Positions 49,481-61,589 of a stretch of DNA of 64,000 nt are shown here, in pieces. Where the stretch lies: assembly GCA_963794945.1 (NCBI GenBank), contig CAWCFT010000015.1, positions 96,001 through 160,000 of the forward strand, read 5' to 3'. Positions within the stretch are counted from its first letter, which is position 1, and each line of letters opens with the position of its first letter. Source of the DNA: Endomicrobiales bacterium. Lineage in GTDB: Bacteria > Elusimicrobiota > Endomicrobiia > Endomicrobiales > CAWCFT01. The position numbers were made by a program, and so were the translations under genes. The notes beneath the pieces were generated by a model. The model was given only the letters and a program-made list of their open reading frames with translations, was not told the DNA's origin and made no database searches.

Positions 49481-50911
49481 TTAATGCAGTTTTGTACGAG
49501 TCGTTGGTATGTTTTTATCCTTTAACCAGGATTTGAATATTTGTTTAGCAAAAGTTGCGCAGGCCGCTTTTAAGCCTTTTAAAGAATCGGCTTGTTTAGT
49601 AAAAGTGTGCGTTACCTTTCCTGATTTAATATTAATAATATTAACCTTAAGGGAGTAGCCGCCTTCAACCTTTGTCAAAGAACCGATAATAGTTTGTTTT
49701 ACGTTAAGTATTCTGCCTAACTCAATTGCGCAGTCAAGCTCGCTGCAGCCCTGCTGGTTAAAGTACTGCGGTTCAAGCGTTCTCTCCATATCGGGCCTGT
49801 CAACTACATCGAATTTCCCTATCTTAATGAGCTCCTCGCGTAAAGAATCTGATATATATGAAGCGGTCAATTGCGGTAACCCAACCGCAGAGAACCTTGC
49901 GACAGCCATATCCATTGGCATCCTAAGCTGATAGCGCGGCGGCTGAAACTTAGGCGGTGCAGGGACCGTCTTGTGTTTAGGAGGCATTTTTTTGGCGGCA
50001 GGGAACCTGTACCCAATAGTCAGGCTTTGCGTGGGGCCAAGATAAACCCCCGGTAAGTACGCGTACCCTATCACGATATTCTTAATAACGAACTGGATGC
50101 CTGTGTGAAAATTTGTTTCATCGTCATTGAATCTGTAACCAAGGTTCATTGAGATGTTCCCAATCCCTATTTCCACCCCAGCCTCAGGGAACTGCGTGTT
50201 GTCCTGAATATTGTTCGTTACTCCAGCTCCCGTAAGCACATAAAAATTGCCATTGTTCCAGACATACCCCATGCCGATATAGTTTGAAGTAGGTAAAGGG
50301 TTTGACTGGTCTATAAATTTCGTTGAACTGCCGATATTCTGCATAGCAAGCGACACGGTAAGGTTTGGAAACGGCAGGTAAAATATTCCTATATCTCCTG
50401 CTACTGCAGACGCGGTGCTGCGCTGGGCTATATTGCTCGTGGCGCCCTTTAACGTCATCCCCGCGTAGAGGTTGGACAATATCGGATGCTCATATGACAA
50501 TAGCCCCAGAGTGTCGCTCTCCAGAGAAACGTTTTCGGTATTTAATCCTCCGTCGTTCCCTATCCAGTTAAGATCAACCGAGCCGGCATCGTAGTAGCCT
50601 CCCCCAATGCTTAACATGCCTTTACCTACCGGTATGCCTACAAGCGCGGCTCCAAGTTTGTCATCGGCAAAACCGAGTTCTGAAATGAACAGGAGCTGCT
50701 TTGATGATAAGGTCCCGGCCATAGCCGGGTTATAAAGCACACCTGCGAGGTTTGAATAACCGGGAGAGGTCACGGACAGCGCCCTGAATTGGGAGGACTC
50801 TATCCTGTTAAATATAGTCCAGCCCGAAGAATCGGACGCTGCATAGACGCTGCAATTATAAAAAGCAAATATGATCAGTGATAAAAATACTTTACGGCGG
50901 CTATTATTCAT
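49481..50911 (-). CDS. PorV/UPF0164-like beta-barrel fused to a CsgG/TolB-N-like domain
   Basis: Signal peptide, LYNPA, AGDIG, QNIG...LP, TIGYRF; Pro linker; DVVDR..E...QQGC...CAIELGRILNV. Confidence 0.7.
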   Translation of the reverse strand: MNNSRRKVFLSLIIFAFYNCSVYAASDSSGWTIFNRIESSQFRALSVTSPGYSNLAGVLYNPAMAGTLSSKQLLFISELGFADDKLGAALVGIPVGKGMLSIGGGYYDAGSVDLNWIGNDGGLNTENVSLESDTLGLLSYEHPILSNLYAGMTLKGATSNIAQRSTASAVAGDIGIFYLPFPNLTVSLAMQNIGSSTKFIDQSNPLPTSNYIGMGYVWNNGNFYVLTGAGVTNNIQDNTQFPEAGVEIGIGNISMNLGYRFNDDETNFHTGIQFVIKNIVIGYAYLPGVYLGPTQSLTIGYRFPAAKKMPPKHKTVPAPPKFQPPRYQLRMPMDMAVARFSAVGLPQLTASYISDSLREELIKIGKFDVVDRPDMERTLEPQYFNQQGCSELDCAIELGRILNVKQTIIGSLTKVEGGYSLKVNIINIKSGKVTHTFTKQADSLKGLKAACATFAKQIFKSWLKDKNIPTTRTKLH

Positions 50912-50954
50912 AACAATATTACAATGCTCCAAAATACTGCTTTAGCTATTTTTA

Positions 50955-51002
50955 AAGCTACAGGCTACAAGCTCAGCCTAAAGCTCGTAGCCTGAAGCGT
51001 AG
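50955..51002. repeat. Short inverted heptamer-repeat hairpin (unit ~AGCTACA)
   Basis: aagctac aggctac aagct ... gctcgta gcctgaa gcgtag. Confidence 0.55.
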
Positions 51003-51035
51003 TGTTGTCCTGCGGGACACGGCTCACTTCTTAAC

Positions 51036-52337
51036 CTAAAGTTTGATTATTTTGCTGCTTTTTGATCCCTTTTGTCGCGTTGCGGCTGTCTATAATAAGC
51101 GGCGCGCGCGTTTTACTATATCGGCGTAATCTATGGCAGTGTGATTGGTAACTATCACGGCAGCGTCATAATTGTTGATATTCTTAAGATTCTTAACAGA
51201 CTTGAATGTTTTGCCGCCCATCTTGAAATACGGTATGTAGGGATCGTAGTATTCGGTTACCGCTTTCCTGTCCATGAGAAGCTTGAAAACATCCAAAGAC
51301 GGTGATTCCCTGATATCATTCACGTCCTTTTTATACGCCATACCGATGAGCAGGATCCTCGCGCCGCGTATGCTCTTTCCGTGGTCGTTAACCGCGTCGA
51401 CTATTTTTTGGACCAGGTGTTCGGGCATCTTTGAGTTCATTTCTCCAGCAAGCTCTATAAAACGAGAGTAAAAATTGAGCGTTTTAAGCTTCCACGACAG
51501 GTAGTGAGGGTCAAGCGGTATGCAATGCCCTCCGATACCGGGCCCCGGGTAGAACGGCATGAACCCGAAAGGCTTCGTGCCCGCAGCGTCTATTATTTCC
51601 CAGACATCAAGTTTCAGGCGGTCACACATAAGGGCGACTTCGTTGACAAGCGCGATATTTACGGCCCGGAACGTATTCTCGAGCAGTTTTACCATCTCCG
51701 CCGCTTCCGGAGAAGAGACGTATTTTACGGAAGAAGTTATTTTAGAGTAAAGGCTGCTGGCAAGAGCGCCGCACTTAGGCGTTATGCCGCCAACTACTTT
51801 TGGCGTGTTGCTTATATTAAATTTGGGGTTGCTCGGATCAACTCTCTCGGGGCTGAACGCCAGGAATATATCCCTGCCGCATTTAAGCCCGTTCTTTTCT
51901 ATCATTGGCAGTACAAGCTCGCGTGTTGTGCCGGGATACGTTGTTGATTCAAGCACGATCAACTGCCCTTTCCTTATGGTTTGGGATATACTTTTAGTAG
52001 CGGAGATTATATAGGATACGTCCGGATCCTTTGATTTCCGGAGAGGTGTCGGTACACAAACTATTATGGCATCCTGGTACTTGAGCTTTAAAAAATCTAC
52101 CGTAGCCTTTAGTTTGCCGGAGGACACCAACGCCGCAAGGTCGGAGGTTTTAACATCTCCTATGTAAGACTTTCTCGCGTTTATACTTGATACCTTCTTG
52201 CTGTCAACCTCAAAACCTGTAACTTCAAAACCCGCTTTACCCAGCTCAACAGCAAGAGGAAGCCCTACGTACCCCAGCCCGATGATGCCCACCTTTGCGT
52301 TGCATCCGTTGATCACTTCGCTCAATTTTTTGTACAT
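51036..52337 (-). CDS. UDP-N-acetylhexosamine 6-dehydrogenase, WbpA/WecC-like (frameshift near 51105)
   Basis: GLGYVGLP, VPTP, ESTTYPGTT, SPER, KLLEN, GGHCIP; shifted frame gives IIDSRN to TAG at 51036. Confidence 0.92.
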
Positions 52338-52384
52338 CGCAAATTCTCCTTTTGATAACTATTGACTTTACCGCGCCTTAAATC

Positions 52385-55300
52385 TTATCTTAGGACAGCT
52401 ATTTTCTTAGTTACATTCAAGCCGGGGCCTTTAATGCTGGCGACATATCCCCCCGAAGAGGTATTTTTTGGTATCCATTCAAACATTCCGCTTGAAACAT
52501 TGTCCTGGGTATCCTGCCAGATCAATATACCGGTCAAACTGAATATTCTGCATTCGTATTTGCCTGTTTGAGAACCCTGGAAATATATCTTTGCAGTATC
52601 TCCCTGATCCGGGTTTATTACACCCCTGTTCTTCGTTGATCCTATGACGATGATCCCGCCGGACTTTATCCTGTCCATTATTATTGTATAGCTTGAAACA
52701 GCACAATAAGTTACAGTGGAAGTTTCATTTGAATAAAATGAATCGGTATATGCGTTTGTCGCTTTGACCCTGTAATAATATGTCGCTCCAGCGTTCAGGC
52801 CGGCATCGGCATAATTGGTAGCGTTTGCGCCAGCCGTTGTTATCTGTGAATAAACTCCGGAAACCGAAAGTTTTCTTTCGATCTTAAACCCGGTGTCGTT
52901 ATTTGAATTACTTATCCACGCAAGGGTTATTGTTGACGAAGACACCGCCGTTGCGGTCAAGTTAGAAGGAGCACACATAAACCAAACTGTATATGTTGCA
53001 GTGCACGCAACATTGCTGCACGCTGAATCCCCGCCGGCGTTTGTCGCTTTAACACGGTAATAATAGGAAGTTGAAGCGGACAAGGCAGTATCGGTATATA
53101 CCGCAACACCTGCGCCTGTTAAAAATATTTGATTGAAATTACTTCCAGGAACCGTGCTGCGTTCGACCTTGAAACCGGTCTCGTTTGCTGAATTATCGGT
53201 CCAAGCAAGGCTTATTGCAGATGAAGATACAGCCGTCGCGGCTAAATTAGAAGGCGCTAAAGGCACGAGAGGGTATGTTATAGTAGAAGATACATTACTG
53301 TAAGCCGAATCCCCGCCGGCATTTGTGGCCCTGACACGGTAATAATACATTGACTGCGCCGATAACCCGGCATCGGTATATCCTACAACATTAGCTGTCG
53401 TGAGGTATATCTGGCTGTAATTACTGCCGGAAACTATACTTCGTTCTATTTTAAACCCGGTTTCATTGGTTGAATTATCTGTCCAGGCAAGGTTAATTGC
53501 GGCCGAAGATACGGCCGTAGCCGTTAAATTCGATGGGGCCGCCGGAATTGCCGGATATGTTGAAGTGGATGCCACATTACTATATGCCGAATTCCCGTTG
53601 GCATTATACGCATACACCCGGTAATAGTAATTAGATGATGCCGCCAGGCCGGTATCGGTATATGTGACAAAATTCATTCCAACCGAATTTACAGTGCTGA
53701 AAAGCCTGTTAGAATAAAAACTGCGCTGGATTACGAACCCTGCTTCATTGGACGAATTATCTGTCCAGGTGAGGCTTACTGTAGATGAAGACACCGGCAC
53801 AACTGTTAAATTGGACGGGGCGTATATTAAAGTAGCAGAAAATGTCTCAGTGGACGCTACATTGCTGTACGCAGAATTTCCTCCGCTATTGAATGCATCG
53901 ACTTGATAATAATAAGTAATCGATGCGGACAAGGCATGATCGGAATATGCAAATATATTCGCGGTCACTGTGGTTACTGAAACGTAATAATTATTCGAAA
54001 CGGTGCTGCGCCATATTTGGAACCCTGTCTCGTTGCTTGCATTATTAGCCCATGCCAGATTTATCGTTGATGACGAAACAGCCGCCGCCGTTAAACTTGA
54101 AGGAGGGGCTATGTACATCGACGAATATGTTACAGTAGATGCTTCATTGCTGAATGCAGAATTAACGAAGGCATTTATCGCCCTGACCTGATAATAATAG
54201 GTGGTTGACGCGGACAAAGACGGATCAACATATCCGACTGCACTTGTGCTGCTAACATACACTTCACCGCCAGAATATGTACTGCGCCAAATTTGGAACC
54301 CTGTCTCGTTGCTTGCATTATTTGTCCACGCCAGGTTTATTGTTGTTGATGATACAGGCGTTGCAGTCAAATTAGACGGCGGGCTTATGAACGGAGGAGG
54401 ATATGTTGCCGTGGACGCTTCATTACTGTATGCCGAATCCCCGCCGGCATTTGTCGCCCTGATGCGGTAATAATATGTAGATGAAGCGGACAGCGTTGGA
54501 TCACTATATGCGACAGCATTAGCCACCGTTAAATATATTTGGCTGTAGCAAGTGCCGGAAACCGTGCTTCTCTCTATTTTGAACCCAGTGTCGTTGCTCG
54601 AATTGTTTGTCCATGCAAGGTTTATTGTGGATGAAGATACCGCTATTGCCGTTAAATTAGCGGGGGCGTTCATATACCAAGCTGGATATGTGACGGTAGA
54701 CGCTTCGTTACTGTACGGAGAGCTCCCTACAGCATTTATTGCCCGGACCTGGTAATAATAAGTGGAAGATGCGGACAGGGTCGGGTCACAATACGCGACA
54801 ACATTCGCGGTTGTTACAGCTATTTGAACTTCACCGCCAGAATACGTGCTACGCCAGACTTGGAACCCCGTCTCGTTAGTTGCATTATTTGTCCACGCCA
54901 GGTTTATTGTAGACGAAGATACTGGCGCTGCAGTTAAATTAGATGGAGCGCTTATTACAGAAGAAGCGATAACTGTAAAACTATATGCAACCTGGGGCAT
55001 GATATTGCCGGCAAGGTCTTTCGCGTTTATCGTGACATTTATCTGATCGCTGTAATTGAAATTTGCCGGAGAAGTATAAGTAACGGTATAATCCGCGCTT
55101 GTACCGGTTACCGTAGTATAGGGATGCGGGGATACTCCGTTGAAAACCGTAGAACCGTTCACGGACAGCACTAGAGAGGAAACGTCGACGCCGCTGCTGT
55201 CGTCGAGCACCTGAAAAGATATTGTAGGCGGGCTCACCGCTACCCCAGTAGAGCTTTGTGGCGGATTAAAGGCAGCCGTATACGGCGGAGTTGTATCGAT

Positions 55301-56710
55301 GAACGTCGCACCTAGATCAGTATACCAGTGAGCCGGCAGATCTACCTTGTTAACTTCCATGGCACCTGTAGTGTAATTTCGCCAGTCCGAAGTCCAGTAA
55401 ATCCTTTGGCCGTTAGTGGTAATTGCGGCATTTGGCTGGTCAAAATAATAGTTCGTATTACATATATTTTGTGTAAAGCCAACCCGCCAGAGCCGAGGAT
55501 GGACAGTCGTTGTGCTTGTTCTTGTCTCGTCAAGTTCTACCATCATAAGCTGGTTATCAGCCCAATCACTATATTGAACACCATCTCCAGGCCCAGTACC
55601 TGAGTTTGAACCTGTATTAGGGCCGTCCCACTCTGTGTTCTGCCCATACGTGGATATTAAACCCCAGCCCTTTGCGGCAATACCGGGGCATGAAAGATTG
55701 ATATTTGAACCATTCCATCCGAAATCACCTTGATATATAACAGGGTAGGCTTTCTGGTTATCCAGTCTTACAAACTGCATGGTGTCTGTCCAATTTCCTA
55801 CAGGCGAAACTGTCTGCTGCATAAAAAACACTATTTCATTCCCCTGTTTGTCATAGCCGAACGATACATGTGGAAACATTAGCATCGGACTAAACCCGTT
55901 TGTAAATGTGTTAGAATAACACATCGGTGTTGTATCATATCCTACAAAAGCATAATTGCCGGACTTGGACATATAAACAGCGTTTGGCGCGCTTGTTGTT
56001 GCCATTGAAGCAAGCACTACATCATTTGTCTTATCATACGTAAAGACCTCAGGGATATTTGTATTAGAGTTACCTATCATAAATATCCAATACCTGCTGT
56101 TTTCAGAGGTCTCGCCTTCATCTCCGTTCCATATAAAGTAACCGGCAGCAGCATACGTCGGAAAATCATTGGCAAAATCATGTACCAGATTATCTGTTTG
56201 AGCAGCCACATCATAATACCTTAATTGCATGTTTTTCCTGTAATATAACCAGGAAGGGTGGGAACCTGAATTATCCCACCGCACTTCTGGCTGCTCCCAT
56301 CCCAATCTCCCACATACGTATTTAGATTCATCAGACAACCGCCTGTGGAAGTGTATAAGTAATAGTCGCCACCATCTTGAACATTAACTTCACCTTCAAA
56401 AACCAGATATTTCCCATCACAAGATTCTGGGTTATATGTGGCATATTCAACATTGGTGCCGAACGGCTCATCCGAATGGTTCTGTTGCCGCATTTGTCAA
56501 GCGTGTTACCGTTGTGTTGAAATAACTGTCAACGTAGGGGACACCTTGTGCGGGTTCTGCCTGCGTGGAATATATGGGCGTACCAGTCCCGTACGGAACC
56601 AGATCGTACGTAGAATAGTTAATTATGTAATTAATATCCTGGGCATAAACGCGCCCAGAAACAGCAAAACAACTCATTATAAATACAATAATTATGTGTT
56701 TTATTTTCAT
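52385..56710 (-). CDS. Secreted protein: propeller-like N-domain, Ig-like domain, 8 FN3 repeats, T9SS-like CTD (frameshifts near 56470 and 56340)
   Basis: Signal peptide in 56468..56710; 8x P.NLTA..VSS..I.LAW...GF...YYYRV.A.N; C-terminal CRIFSLTG...SSG.Y...KKIAVLR. Confidence 0.85.
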
Positions 56711-56912
56711 ATATTCATTTCACACGCAAATTATTTGGGGTATTTTTTGCTGCGATAAACCTAACCGCCATCATCCATATATAGGCTGCATGAACAAAGC
56801 GATCAGCATCTATCGTGGGTTATATGGTATGGAAAAGTTGGTATGCATAAAATATCACCAAATAATTGGGACGTTCCTTTGAACACATCCACAGAGTAAA
56901 TATAATAAAATA

Positions 56913-58893
56913 TTACTTAAAAATCAATGCTTTCTTTTTAATATTCATATCCGGTCCTGTAATTACAGCTACATACTCTCCCACAGGCGGGTTTTTCACG
57001 GCCCAATCGAATACTCCGCTCTTGATATCATCTTTTGCATCGTACCAGGCTTGTTCACCTGTCAGAGCGAATATCCTGCATTCATACGTACCGGTATATT
57101 TTCCTTTAAAATATATCTTTATCCTGTATTCTGTTTCAGTTGTCTTGATGCCAGATGAAATTACGATCGCCGCTTCGTTTTCCGCTATTGTGTCAAAAGG
57201 GTCCACAGGAACAGCTACCCGGGTGAACGTAGACGTTTCATTCGAATATTCCGAATCGGAATCGGCATTGTAAGCTTTGACCCTGTAGAAGTAGCGCGTC
57301 ATTGGAGCAAGCCCTGTATCGGCAAAAGTTGTTATATTAGGACTCACGGTGCCTATTTGAGTATAGCTGTCTGTTAACTTTTCTTTTCTTTCAATCTTAA
57401 AACCGGATTTATTATCAGAATTATATTTCCAACTCAATACTACCGAATTGACACTGACTGAGCTGACATAAAGCTCTGAAGGAGCCGGCAGTGGAACTGC
57501 AGGGACAGGGGCTGGGTCCGCTATTTCAGCTTCGTGTACAATCTGCGGCTCCTGAACAACAGGTTCCGGTTCATCTTTAACTGGCAAAGACTGCGGCTTA
57601 ACCGTATACGGCAGGCCTTCAAGGTCTTCATACCAATGCTCCGGCAGATCCACCCTGTAAACTTCGGCGTTGCTTATCCCCCGCCAGTTGGAATTAAACC
57701 ACAGCTTTGTTCCGGTCAGGTGCCAATCCATCTGGGCGTGCCCCTCATCAAAATAATCGCCCTTATAAATATGCTGTGAGAACGTAACGCGGAAAATGCG
57801 TCCATCGGCCTTTAATTCAATGAGATATATCTGGTCATACGCCCAGGAAGAATGAGAATTAGGCGTGCTGATAGTGTACATACCGGCCCAACCCGGTTTT
57901 CCTGTGTTGAAAAAATGGAATCCGCAGTTCCAACCCATACTTTTATGAGCCATAATATTGTATTTTTCACCCGTAGCCACATCGCAAACCTGCATACGGT
58001 CGGTTTCATTGTTCTGTGAAACTACAGCAAGGTCTCCGTTTCTCATTTGCGCCCAGCACCAGTGTGTCGCGTCGTTTTTAACGGGCCAGGGCGAGCCGGT
58101 TGTCGTAAAATCGAGGTTATATGCGACCGGGCCTTTTCCGCGGTTATGCGGCACATATTGCCAGTCGACAAGGACTTTAGAACCATCCGGTGCAACACTG
58201 ACGCAATTGATATCATACGGGAAACTGGTCATCCTTCCAAGGATCTGGTTCTGTCTTCTTATCGTAAGTAACAATGCTCAATATTTTCCATGCGCTGTCT
58301 CTGACCTCAAAAGCCCAATATCTTGAATCCGAGGAACAATCGCCTTCTTCATCGCATTTGATATAGGTACATTTTGGATACTGCTGGCTGAAATCATGCA
58401 CACTAACAGATGTCCCCAGGGGGTTCTGAAGCATTAACATCCATCCGCATGAGTTTAGGCCCACGGACATAATACAGCCATGAAGGGTGATTACTGCTCC
58501 CGTCCCACCTGGGTTCGGGGTCACCGTTCCAAGATTCCAGCCTGAGATCCTTGATATAAACATTCGTAACTGCGTTGTAAAGAGCGTACTTAGCAGAAGC
58601 ATCGCACATCATTAACAAAATATATTTCCCATCGGAACTGACTCCTGAAAAAGTAGAATATCCGGTGATCAGCCTTTTCCCTGTATACTTGTCGATTTTT
58701 TTATCACTTACCCTTGTGATCGTTGTATGAAAGACAGGATCAACATAAGATTTATTCTTAGCCGGCTGCCTTGCGTAGAATACGGGTACAGGGTGTTTCC
58801 AAGCACATAGTTAAACGCGAATAATTTTAACTGGAAAAGTGTTATCATTAGAAGAACTGAGATAACAGCCGTTTTTAAATAACTACCGCGCAT
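56913..58893 (-). CDS. Paralogous secreted protein: propeller-like N-domain, 1 FN3, T9SS-like CTD (several frameshifts 58240-58770)
   Basis: Shares EPRWD..HPSWLYY, VHDF, EG..S.DSRYW, VDLP.HWY.DL and the CTD with the neighbouring gene. Confidence 0.8.
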
Positions 58894-58907
58894 TTTCGTT
58901 CCTTTGC

Positions 58908-59522
58908 TTAAAATATATTTCGTTTCCAGATATTATAGATCCATTTTAAATACTCGGTTTGGGTCTCCATCAGGCCGTCTTTAGATTTCCACCAGTTATC
59001 CTTTTTATACCAGCTTTCCTGCACCGGATATACCATTACCTTGATCCCCGAACCGGCATAAACCTTTTTAAATGTGTAGTAGGCCCGCTTTGTATGAAAG
59101 GGTTCGCTTACAACGATAAGAGTCCTGAACTTGTTTTCTACGCAGATTTCTTTTGTCAGAGTAGCGTCGGTATGGGTAGTTGACGAATTAAGCACCAGTA
59201 TGACCCTGTCTTTCGGCAGGCCGATCGTTTCAGCGTATTTCTGCGCCTGTATCGCCCAATGATAACTGTGAGCATACAAATATTGCTGGTATTCACCGGT
59301 AAATATGACCTTGTTCCCATATTTCTTAAGATAAAGATCGACCCCCTGCACTATTCTTTCTTTCCTGCCGCCGCCAAGCACGAGTATGGCGTCTGCCGGA
59401 GAGATTTTATCTTGATAGACCAAAAATGCCCCGATCTGCGTCAGCCAATAGCGGTAAAACAGGGCAAACTGTGCGAGCAGAAGCATGAATATAATCAAGA
59501 TCAGTAAAAGGCATTTTTTCAT
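58908..59522 (-). CDS. YdcF/DUF218 family protein
   Basis: ADAILVLGGG..ER, IVVSEPFHTKRA, EYLK. Confidence 0.88.
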   Translation of the reverse strand: MKKCLLLILIIFMLLLAQFALFYRYWLTQIGAFLVYQDKISPADAILVLGGGRKERIVQGVDLYLKKYGNKVIFTGEYQQYLYAHSYHWAIQAQKYAETIGLPKDRVILVLNSSTTHTDATLTKEICVENKFRTLIVVSEPFHTKRAYYTFKKVYAGSGIKVMVYPVQESWYKKDNWWKSKDGLMETQTEYLKWIYNIWKRNIF

Positions 59523-59562
59523 GTTAAATTACGGTATTTTGCTTACCGGCAACGGATAAATT

Positions 59563-60753
59563 TTAGTTAGCTGAATATATTCTTCTCATCTTCTCGTAAA
59601 CAATGTTCCAATCATACTTATTCATTGCGGTCTTTCTCGCGCTTTCTCCAAGGGCATGTATTTTTTGGGGGTCTTTGAGCAATTTTACGATTTGTTCCGA
59701 GAATTCCTTAGGGTCGTCAACTACAACGATGTTCTGCCCGGAAACCACATCAATACCTTCGCTGCCGATAGAAGTAGAAACAATAGCTTTCCCCATGGCC
59801 ATGGCATCGAGTATTTTTAACCTTGTTCCACCGCCAACGCGCAGAGGCACTACAAATATCGCCGACCTCTCCACCCAGGGCCTTATATCATCAACGATGC
59901 CTGTTTGGATGACATTGTCTTGATAAACCTCGGGAACGATATTATTATTCGCTTTTTTCCCAATCACATAAAGTTTTATATCGGGAATAGCAGCAACTAT
60001 ATCTTGGAATATCTTTGCGAAGAAATATCTTAAGCCGTCGGAGTTAGGGTGCCAGTTCTGACCGCCTACAAAAATTAGTGTGTTCCTCTCGGGAGGATTT
60101 GTGCCGGGTTTAAAGAATTCTGTAGACGTGCCGTTCGGCACGACCTCTATCTTTGCCCGGGGAGACATCTCCAACAGGTCAGCTTTATCCACTTCCGAGA
60201 CAACTATTGTACAGTCCAGCGCGTTGCATACTTTAGACTCATATCTTCTTAGTTTTAGATATTGGAAATAAAGGAATATTTTAGTCAGGACATGTTTCTC
60301 ATGATAATAGCGCCTCAGCAATAGGCTCGATTCTATATTGTGCTCGACCATAACTATCCTGGAGCCCTGGACCTCATTTTGATATACAGCGAGCGGCAGC
60401 AGGTCAAGATGCACGGCGTCGAATTTTACTGTTGATCTTAGTTGCCTGATCTCATTTCGTATCTCAGGCTCGTCGTATTTGGCGCAAACGAACGGTAATG
60501 CCGAAAATAAATTGCCTGCAAGCTTTAGCGCAAGGTTAAATTTTGATCTATTGGCTCCAACCCTCACTCCCTTCACATATTTACACATAGTTTTGAGGTG
60601 TTCAAGCCCTTCAAATTCCTTTTCGTCCTGGATAAGGCTTAGCAGGTATATATCTGCATATTTTGCGGCCTGATTAATGAGATTATAGGTCCTGAGGGTC
60701 ATTCCTTCCCGCGGAGGGTATGGGCACTTAGTTGTAATGAACAAAAGTTTCAT
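59563..60753 (-). CDS. GT4 glycosyltransferase
   Basis: PYPP..G..LR, HNIES, VPNG, VPLRVGGGTRLKILDAMAMG. Confidence 0.92.
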   Translation of the reverse strand: MKLLFITTKCPYPPREGMTLRTYNLINQAAKYADIYLLSLIQDEKEFEGLEHLKTMCKYVKGVRVGANRSKFNLALKLAGNLFSALPFVCAKYDEPEIRNEIRQLRSTVKFDAVHLDLLPLAVYQNEVQGSRIVMVEHNIESSLLLRRYYHEKHVLTKIFLYFQYLKLRRYESKVCNALDCTIVVSEVDKADLLEMSPRAKIEVVPNGTSTEFFKPGTNPPERNTLIFVGGQNWHPNSDGLRYFFAKIFQDIVAAIPDIKLYVIGKKANNNIVPEVYQDNVIQTGIVDDIRPWVERSAIFVVPLRVGGGTRLKILDAMAMGKAIVSTSIGSEGIDVVSGQNIVVVDDPKEFSEQIVKLLKDPQKIHALGESARKTAMNKYDWNIVYEKMRRIYSAN

Positions 60754-61589
60754 TTCTGTTTCCTTTTCTTGAGAGAGTTGACTTGAAATATTGCATCATA
60801 AACGCGTTTATATGTTTTTTCTCCGATACAGCTACGTACAGATTGCTTTACAAACTTTGCAAATACTAATTTATTGATTGAAAATGGGTCCGCTTTTATA
60901 ATCTTTTCGAAATCATCAATAGAGAGCGCCTTATTTATGTTTATTCTATTAAAAAGGAACTGCTGCGTGGCGGGAGTGTTTAGTCCGGCCCGGGATGAAC
61001 AGCCTCCTATATACCCGGACCGCAGAGCTAGCTCTTTAAATGTTTTGCCGTAGCTGCCGTGAGGGAGAGATATAAAATCGATGTTGATTTTGAGTTTGCT
61101 TTCCAAAAGCCTCTTCGACTCGCTCAGCTCGTGCAGTATCTCTTTTTCTCCGAGCTGCTTAAGAAAGCGATGTGTTAGAGTATGGGATTGGATCGACATC
61201 CCGGCATCGGCCATTTCCTTCAGCTGTTTCCAACTCATCATGTTTTGTTCGCCAACAAGGCCGGCGGCCACGAAGATTGTCGCTGTAAACCCGAATTCCT
61301 TCAGGATAGGCAAGGCAAAAAGATAGTTGCCTATATACCCGTCATCAAATGTGATTACTACCAGTTTTTCCGAGCCGCTAACTGCCAATGACCCGTTGAA
61401 ATAATCCGTTAGCTGATACAAAGATATGGTCCTAAAACCATTTTTCTTTAAAGTTGCCATCTGGTCACGAAAAGCTGCTTCCCTGAGGAAATACGGCCCC
61501 ACTGAATTCTTATAAGATGTTTCCGCAGTGGAATCGGCCCTAGTAATTTCGTGATACATAAGAATGGGGACTGCGCCAGCTCTATTCAT
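60750..61589 (-). CDS. Polysaccharide deacetylase
   Basis: ILMYH, ITFDDG, QSHTLTH. Confidence 0.92.
   Translation of the reverse strand: MNRAGAVPILMYHEITRADSTAETSYKNSVGPYFLREAAFRDQMATLKKNGFRTISLYQLTDYFNGSLAVSGSEKLVVITFDDGYIGNYLFALPILKEFGFTATIFVAAGLVGEQNMMSWKQLKEMADAGMSIQSHTLTHRFLKQLGEKEILHELSESKRLLESKLKINIDFISLPHGSYGKTFKELALRSGYIGGCSSRAGLNTPATQQFLFNRININKALSIDDFEKIIKADPFSINKLVFAKFVKQSVRSCIGEKTYKRVYDAIFQVNSLKKRKQK

Noticed and set aside
49221..49536. ORFs 49221..49409 and 49309..49536
   Set aside because: They overlap the att repeat and tRNA promoter and have no protein features
52700..54960. Near-identical DNA repeats as a possible DGR template/variable pair
   Set aside because: They are in-frame FN3 domain repeats; I saw no adenine-specific mismatch pattern and there is no reverse transcriptase
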